A stretch of 63,957 nt of DNA, the filler included, from Stramenopiles sp. TOSAG23-6 (taxonomy: Eukaryota): the NCBI GenBank assembly GCA_900128565.1. It is 3 parts of 3 records of this genome, joined end to end, with 100 filler letters (N's around TTAATTAATTAA, not from the genome) between each part and the next. Parts side by side here need not be neighbours in the genome. Positions count along the whole stretch, not along the records: positions 44,375 to 63,957 come from LT636049.1; 2 more parts are not named here. One strand, given 5' to 3'. Below, one piece after another: positions 55,875-63,957 of the stretch. Within the stretch, counting starts at the first letter, position 1. The number at the start of each line of letters is the position of its first letter. The notes under the pieces were generated by a model. It ran no database searches, was not told the DNA's origin, and saw nothing but the letters and a program-made list of their open reading frames with translations. A program made the position numbers and the translations under genes.

Positions 55875-58800
55875 TACCTTTTCGTATGATTAAAAGAGTT
55901 TTAATAGTGGGTACCTGTATTATGAATATATATATATATATAATAATAAACCGTCAGGTACGGAATTTTCATACAAAAACAAAAACAATTTGAAATTCAA
56001 ATGAAGGTTGAAAACGTACATAATGATTTCTTTTTGCAAGATCAACTACAATCGCCGATTTCGGTCTGTTTCGTAATTCCAATTCACGAGACGAAACGGC
56101 AGCAACAAATCTTCGTCTTGAGTTCAATACCTTCCACTCATGACGTAAGCAAGTCAATTGATGTTCTTTGCGTAATGTATAAAATCGAAGTCTTGTTTCA
56201 CAGAATTTCTGTAAGATTCGATCTGTTCCAGATATGCAGTAGAATATATGTCAAACTTGAAATTTATTAGTTTTTGTTTTTTTTGTAATGTTACAAAAAT
56301 TGGATTCGAAGAAATAAAAATAAAAATCTTTTTTGTTTAGGTACAAAATTTCGTACGAAAAAAAAATTAATTTGAAATGAATGATGAAGACGTACAGAAT
56401 CGTTCAATTTTCATACCTTCATAATCAAGTAAATGCATATTGGTCAGCATCACACCATTCGTAAGTTTAAATTCAGTCTCCAGTTTAGAACGCGTATTTA
56501 AAATTTGGTCGTGATTTTTACTTGAATCAAGTTCAATGTTGAAATATACTGAATTTTCAGTATGATTTTCACGAACTTTCTTTATCGTTACTTTACTCTT
56601 TTTAGATGAAACTTTTTTAACTTTGCCCTTTTTCGAACTAACACTGTCATCATCGTCATTGTTACTCCCTTTCTTCTTTTTCTTCTTACTCTTTGGTATA
56701 GGAACATCATACATATTTCCAAGAACTTTTTCCTTGTATGTAGACGTCCACGCTCCAACTGGTAATTCAGTAATACAGACTTTGTCATCTTCAAAATTTG
56801 CAGTACCACAAAAATTAAATTTAGTACCATCACCACTTACATCCTGAATGTCACCTTGAAAACCTTGGTACCATGGTACCATTGGTAAAAATTTCTTATT
56901 TGCGATGAAACGTCTGACATTTTCAATGACTTCACGAGGACTAAAATTCGGGATAGAAGTACTCCAACCAGTAGCAATGCCACTTGCACCATTAATCAGT
57001 ACCATAGGAATAATAGGTATAAATGCTTTTGGTTCAACCATTTGACCTTCATCTTCTAAATACTCAAGAATCGCATCATCTGTGGCAGGAAAAATTAATC
57101 GTGTAATTTTTTCAAGTCTTGTAAAGATAGGTATAGTGAAAAATATGACAAATTCGAATTTTTTGTTAGGTACAAAATTCATCTGAAAATAATATAGTAG
57201 AACAATACATTTGAAATTGTAATGAATAATTAAAATGTACATAACGAGCACTCGCGTGATCTTTTCCACCAAGCAAACGTGTACCAAATTGACCACCTGG
57301 GTATAATAAATTAATATTATTCGACCCAACAAAGTTTTGAGCCATACTCACAATAGTTCCTTGTAAGGAAACTTCACCATGATGATAAGCAGAATGTTCT
57401 GAGACATAACCAGCTAATTGAGCAACTTTAATTTCTTTAGTCAGTTTACGTTTAAAACATGCAAACAAAACTTTTCTTTGAGAAGGTTTGAATCCATCAA
57501 TAATACACGGAATAGCTCTACGAACAGTAGCTCTAGAATATTGGATGAGTTCATTATTAATGAAATCGGTATATTTTATACTTTTTTTGTTGTAATTAAT
57601 TGCACCGTTCAATTCAGCATCATAAGCTAAAAGCCATTTTTTTCGATCATCTGCTTTTGACTTTGTAAATGCTAAATCGATCCATTCTCTATCAGCACGT
57701 TGAGGTAAACCTTTAGCATCTAAATTTCTTGGAGTATTCATAGAACTACTATCAGAACATGACGCAAATGTTTTCAAATGTTTCTTCATATCACTAAAGT
57801 ATTCCTTAGCTTCTTTAGATGTCGAAGTACCTAAACCTTTATAATACTTGATATGCCAACCCATTGAAGATATATTTTCGGAAAATATGTCAAATTCGAT
57901 TTTTGTTTTGTTAGGTACAAAATTTACTATTAAAAAAAAATAATTTTGAAATTCACGATGGAAACGTACATGCACTTAAACCACCATCACGTTCATTTCG
58001 TTCATTTTCCCAATCATTGTAATCACCAAGTGTATAGAAAGTAAATACTTCTTTTTTTCGTGTAGCTTTAATGATGGGAGTAATAAATTGTTTTAAAAAT
58101 CCTTTTTTCTTTAGTAAAGTTGGGTTGTACCAATCAAAAAAATTAATTAAAAGACCTTTGATGTGAGAACCATCATCGTCTTGATCAGCCATAATCATAA
58201 CAGAACCATACCGAAGAGATTTCAATCCAACTTGTTCGTAATCTTTATTTCGATCTAACCCAATCACTTTAATAATTGTTTGGATTTCTTCGTTCTTTTT
58301 AATATTTGCGTACGTAGCATCACGTACATTTAAAGGTTTTCCTTTCAATGGAAATACACCAAAATTATCTCTACCAATGACTGATAATCCAGCAATCGCT
58401 AATGCTTTAGCAGAATCTCCCTCAGTTAAAATTAAAGTACAATCAGAACTTTTACGGCCACCTGCATGTATTTTGGGAAAATATTTTCAATTGTTTTTTG
58501 TTAGGTACAACATTTACTATAAAAAAATAAATGAATTTAAAATTGATCATGAAAACATACATTATTCGCATCATCCAACTTTTTAACACCACGCATAGAT
58601 GCATTTTTTGTTGTTCTTGAATTTATAATTTGTCGGCGGTGATTATCATCAAAGCTCGCAAGTATTGTGAAAAAATATGATTATTAAAAAAAAAAAAAAA
58701 ACGTTAGATACAAAATCTTTTGGATTAGGTAAGAAATAAAATTAGTGTATGATGAAAACGTACATATGCAGCAACTGCAGCAACAATTCCTGTAGCTGGG

Positions 58801-60350
58801 GAAACCACCTTACGCAGAAATTTTTCAGGCAATTGAATTTTAGATGTGAATTGCGATTTTTTCGTTGTTAGTTTTTCTTTCGTTTGTGAACTAAAACTCG
58901 GGTTATCAATGAGAGCATTAACAAAAATCATTAAATGATTTTTCACAACTGAAGGTCGTGGTTTAGCCATTTTCTTGTCTTTTTTAGATACAGCAGAAAT
59001 AATTGCATCGACAACAGATTGCGTAATCACATCAACATGACTTCCTCCATCAGTCGTAGAAATTGCATTCACAAAACTATGGTGTCTAAAATGACCTTCA
59101 GAAGAAAGACATACTGCAACCTCCCATCTATTATTTACACTTATATAACATACCTTTGTCAAATCAAGATCCTCCGTGAGTAACGAAGAAGATGAAGGTG
59201 AATTAGTCGTCATTGTGCTACACGGTGAACTTTGACTTGAAGGTAATGCATTGCGTATTGGTGATGACATCGAATTGTCAAGTACAGTATTTTTACTCTT
59301 AGAAAATACATCATTCGAAGATGATACACTTTTTCCTTCTGATCCATTCAATACACTCGGTTTGATATTTTCACCATTGGTAGAAGCATCCAAAGATATT
59401 TTATTCGCATCATACTGAATGCCAACTCGACATAACTTCACATATCGAATCAATCTGTCCACACCAATACGTTTGTTATTAATATACATCTTTAAAGTAC
59501 CACGAAAACAAGCAGCAACATCATAGCAACGCCTCTTCATTAACGAAACAATGTCACGGTCAAGGCCATTCATTCCACCAAATTTTGAAAAATCAGGTCG
59601 GAAAATTACTTTAGTGTATTCCAAGATTTTCTTCTTTGCACCTGTTGGTTTCGCATCCGTTATTTTTGGTTCATTTTTTTTATACATATTGTTCGTCCAA
59701 ACTTGACGATATTTCAATCGTGCATTTGCATCAACCGTTTCAATAACAAAACGATTAGAAAAAATATTGGCTAACTTCGCACCATAACCATTCCTCCCAC
59801 CAGTCGTTTTCTTCTCCTTGTCATCATAATTACTACCTGTCAATAAGACACCAAATATACCTTCAGCAACATATGTTTTCCACTTCTTATGCTTCTTCAC
59901 AGGGATACCTGAACCATCATTAGTCACTGAGATTTCGCCTTTATCGACATCAAATGACACTTTAATGTATGTTTGTTTCTTACCACATCTTTGCTTATTA
60001 TCAGACGCATTTACAAGAACTTCATCAAATATCTTATACAATGCAGGGACATACGTAATAGACCGCTCACGAAGAGTCTTTGAGTCATCGTCGTAGACGA
60101 GCATCTTTGCCGTATGTTCTTCAGTACTCCCGACATAACTATCAGGTCGTTGTAGGATATGCTCATGCTGATCCAAACGTTGATATTTTTCTTCTACGCT
60201 TTTCCTTGTACCCTTTTTCCCGGAAGACACATTCTTTTTGCCCATTTTAATTGAATCCTCTGTACTATCACTGAGACACGAGAAGTTGCTATCATCATCA
60301 GAATTAGAAATATCAACTTTGTAGTCAACCTTCTTACGTGCTCGCGACAT
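55875..60350 (-). CDS. TOP2: Second, 3'-truncated copy of DNA topoisomerase II (likely artefact)
   Basis: Same ORF translations as 47959-52434. Confidence 0.7.
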
Positions 60351-61040
60351 TTTTTCGTCGAATATAAAGAATCTTTTCAAAACCAAATAAATTGAAGATC
60401 AAGGTTAGTAAACGATCCCAAATGTAAAGTGAATAATGCAAGGTAGGCGAAGTTTACTGACAATTATTTCAAAATCAACAGACAGAAATTGTTATTAATA
60501 CACGTGCACAGTGCGTGTTCTCTTTGGCTCGGCGTTTGTTGTTTTTGAGTGACGTCACAACCCTAACCCTACTNTGAATTTTTTTTTTTATACATAGTAT
60601 AACTAGGGTATACTGGGATAGGTATTAGAAATTGATTGATAGAGTATAAATCAGTTTCATCCAAGATTTTATAACAAAGGGTACACCCCATGATCAATCA
60701 CGTAAGACTATGGATAGTAAAATCAAAAAATCCTAGCACGAGGAATCCATAGTAGTACAAAAACACAAAAACACGAAAAAAAACAATATGTTTCTTCTAA
60801 ATTCAATTTATTGTGAAGGATAAAAATTACTACAACGATCAAATACTTCACACTATGCTGCCATCATTCCTTCTAATTCTGCCAATTCGTCATCTTCCTC
60901 CAAAACTGGAGCTGTTGTTGGAGCAGCTGGTAAATTCATACTGATATCATGTATTTTAGAAAAATATTTGAAAGAAAAATCGTTAGGTACAAAATTTCGT
61001 ACGAAAAAAAAATTCGAGTTTGAAAAAACATAAAACATAT

Positions 61041-62736
61041 AGCCTCATACACACCACTACATTTTTTATGCATGCGAAAATATGCAAGTTGAAAAGAAAG
61101 TTGTAGAACAGCATCAGGAGAAACATTTAATTTTTTAAAGTCATTTTTACCCAACGATTTAACTTCTATCACGTGAAGTCCAAGATGTATTTTGGAAAAA
61201 TATTTCAAAAAAAAAAACTTAAATTTGTTAGGTACAAAATTTCGTACGAAAAAAAAATCATAGAAAAAAAAAAAATAAAAAAATAAAACATACATTATTC
61301 GTAGTATCAGTGACCTTTTTTACTGATTCATTGATAGTAGTTTGAATAAAATCTGGGATATTAAAATTGAGTTCTTGAGTTTGAGGCTCTAATTTGGAAT
61401 TTAATTTCATATTAGTTTCATTATTTTTTGTTTTCTCTTCATTTGGGTTAGGAAAATCTTGCAGAGTATCGAATAACCAACGATTCCACATTGAACCATC
61501 AGAAAAAGAATGCTCGAAATTAACACTGATGCGCGAGTTTTTGTCTATAATAATTGTTGGTTTGTCGTACCATCGATCTGAGAGTGAGTTACCTGGTAAT
61601 CCATGAAGACCATTTCTTGTGGCGCGTATTAAATCATTTTGACTATGATTTGAACTATTTTTATTTATACAGTTTGATACATCTAATGTAACAACAAGAA
61701 TTGCTGTATCGATCTCAGTGACATGAGAATCATTCAAATTGTCAAATTCAATCAAAGATTTTCTGGTTTTGTACCAAGTTTCTCTATCTAAACTAGTCAA
61801 AATTCCAATTCCTGGACCATCATTTATTTGGTTACAATAATCAACTATACAAGATAAATTTTTAATTAAAGTTTCAACAGATAAAATTTCATTTTTTTTC
61901 ATTTTTTCACAACTTTCAATAAAAACATTTAACTTAAAAATATGACCACGATGCAAGATTACAATATGCTTTGCGTTTTTATTGAATAATTGTTTGTCTC
62001 TTGTAGCACCAGGAATTCTTGATGATCCACATATTGTGAAAAAATATTTTTTTTTTTTCGTAAAAAAATCGTTAGGTACAAACTTTCGTACTAAAAAATA
62101 TAATTTAAATTCACGATGAAAACGTACATGAAATGTCTCAAACTGTGACATGCACTGACCAGGCAATGGACCATCAGCTGGTAAATGTCCAAGGCGAACT
62201 TTCAAAAGCCATTTAAGTGATGAATTTATAAACTTCGCCGCCTGGCTCACTTGTGTCGTGTTTTCATTAGGGTTAGGGTTCTTCAACGTAGAGATATTTT
62301 TTTGTGGATTAGGATGAAGTATAAAAGCAGGATTCACATTAATGAGTAATGGATTACGCCCAGATAAGTACATATCATCCCATTGTCTTTCAATAAACGA
62401 ATAAGGATATTTACCAGAGCATTGAGAGTTTTTTTCACACCGTTCAAGTTCTTCTTGCAACTTTGATCCAATACCATTAATGAAACTTTCAACATCTCTC
62501 TGATGTGCCTCAAATTCACCATCACTGATACAATAAGGATAAACGCTCTCTAAATAACGATGCATGGTGTCTTCCAGGTTTGGTAGTGGAAGTCTAGGTA
62601 GAGATGGGTTGTTCTGGATAGACTTTTCTACACTAGTTGACATTTGTGTCCTTGCCTTTGGTCTCAAGACGCATCTTTGCAAAACATGATGCAACTGACG
62701 AGTTTGTACAATACTATGAAAATATCTACAAAACAT
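61041..62736 (-). CDS. Second copy of the carnitine O-acyltransferase (likely artefact)
   Basis: Identical ORF translation; intron 2 is intact in this copy. Confidence 0.7.
61185..61293 (-). other. Family intron, GT..AT (intact version of the intron starting at 47039)
   Basis: AAT|GTATGTTTT ... TTTCGTACGAAATTTTGTACCTAAC ... CCAAAATACAT|CTT GGA. Confidence 0.85.
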
Positions 62737-63004
62737 ATTTTGCACTTCTACTGCTTTGTAAACAAAGTGCAACTTTGGTGATAAATTGTGTTACTACAGT
62801 GAACAATAGAGATTGATGATCTCAAGATTAGTCTGATAATAATAAAAGTATAGTTGTGGGAAGAGCATATCAAACACGACTAACCCTAACCCTATATGCG
62901 TCCAAATATATCCGATATGACAGTTTTTACAGTTTCAAAAGAAAACAAGTTAGTATAGCAGTCTTATGAATTTCAGCACAAATTTGTGAAAAATAAGCTG
63001 GAAG

Positions 63005-63902
63005 ATGACGACCCATGTTGGCCCTCATAAACTCGAGGGTGGGCCAGATACAGTCGCAAACATTTGGAAGCAGTGGTATGCTGCACGGCATGGAAAACTA
63101 GACAGAATGAAAGTCCTTCTTCGGCGTCCTGGATATGACGATTGTCTTTGTGACGATGAGTACGGACGAACGAGTCTTCATTGGGCATGTAAATATGGTC
63201 ACACTGAAATGTCAAACTTATTAATTTCTTTAGCAACTACTGACAATATGATAAATAGGGTAGATTGGGGTGGAAATTCAGCATTGCATTTTGCCGCAGG
63301 CTGGGGCACAAAAGTACTGGTGGGGTTATTATTGAGCCATTCGGCCGACCCAACTTTAACTAATTCCAAAGGACAAAAACCAATAGAAGTCGCAAAACAA
63401 ATGAATCAAAGTGATATCATTGGAGTATTAAATCGATGGGAAAAATCAATAGATACAATGATGTCGGAAACTGCCGTTGAGGCTGTACTCAATAGAGAAA
63501 AGTTTGTAAATAGTACGCTACATCCAGATGCTTTAAAAAATATGGTACTCAAAGAAACTAAAGCGGACATGATCTTATTAAGTGATGATGAAAGGGAAGA
63601 TGACTCGAGTAAACCATCGATGCGTCATGGATATCCGGTCGATTTAGTTCCATTGGTCACAGAAATTGAGACATCAGAGATACCAAAAAATGAGAGCGAA
63701 ATCAGTATTTTAAATTTAAAAAAAACTTTGCATATGAAAGAAGAAATACTAGGAAAGCAGCACAATGGAATTTCTTTGACTCTACGTAAATTAGGAAATC
63801 TCTATATAAGTGAACTTCAATATGAAAAAGCTGTCCCTGTTCTAACTAAAGCTTTAAAAATCACGGAACAAAATCTAGGGCTTACACATCCTGATACGGC
63901 AT
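63005..63902 (+). CDS. Second copy of the ankyrin + TPR first exon
   Basis: Mirror of 44430-45327. Confidence 0.7.
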
Positions 63903-63957
63903 GTATGTTTTATTTTTTTTTCAAATTCGAATTTTTTTTCGTACGAAATTTTGTACC

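Larger units (their letters stand above)
55875..63957. repeat. Right arm of the inverted duplication
   Basis: Reverse complement of 44375-52434 with 23 extra nt at one intron 3' end. Confidence 0.95.

Noticed and set aside
1-63957. Giant-virus or prokaryotic origin
   Set aside because: Spliceosomal-type introns and ATG7, WDR92, IPO5, TCTP and USP genes indicate nuclear eukaryotic DNA; I saw no viral hallmark genes.

Overview
AT-rich, gene-dense eukaryotic nuclear DNA from a flagellated protist (it encodes DNAAF10/WDR92; the lineage cannot be fixed from sequence alone). The window is several contigs joined by N-gaps and a synthetic TTAATTAATTAA spacer. It shows single-cell/MDA-type artefacts: an 8-kb inverted copy (44375-52434 vs 55875-63957) and gene chimeras joined inside introns. 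Recognisable genes include SMPD4-like, ATG7 (partial), MDP1, TOM5-like, a BspA LRR protein, WDR92, TCTP, a membrane bZIP, a trypsin-like protease with an embedded ubiquitin-like domain, a Zn2Cys6 factor, USP36/42, a carnitine acyltransferase, TOP2 and importin-5 (partial). Main result: every intron I could resolve belongs to one repeat family of about 70-220 nt (mostly ~100): GTAYGTTTT ... TTTCGTACGAAATTTTGTACCTAAC ... AAATATTTTTTCACAATACNN. The 3' splice dinucleotide is usually not AG. Of 24 frame-restoring introns, 16 end AT, 3 TT, 2 AG, and 1 each AA, GT and CT. The TOP2 catalytic tyrosine fixes the register as GT..non-AG. The AT|GTAT...ATAC-AT| ends look like short terminal inverted repeats with an AT target duplication, suggesting an introner family spliced by a spliceosome that does not require AG. 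Also seen: a 2.4-kb CpG-free relic, a candidate TOM5-MDP1 bicistron and shared promoter motifs. All splice sites are inferred from reading frame and protein conservation; no transcript data were available.
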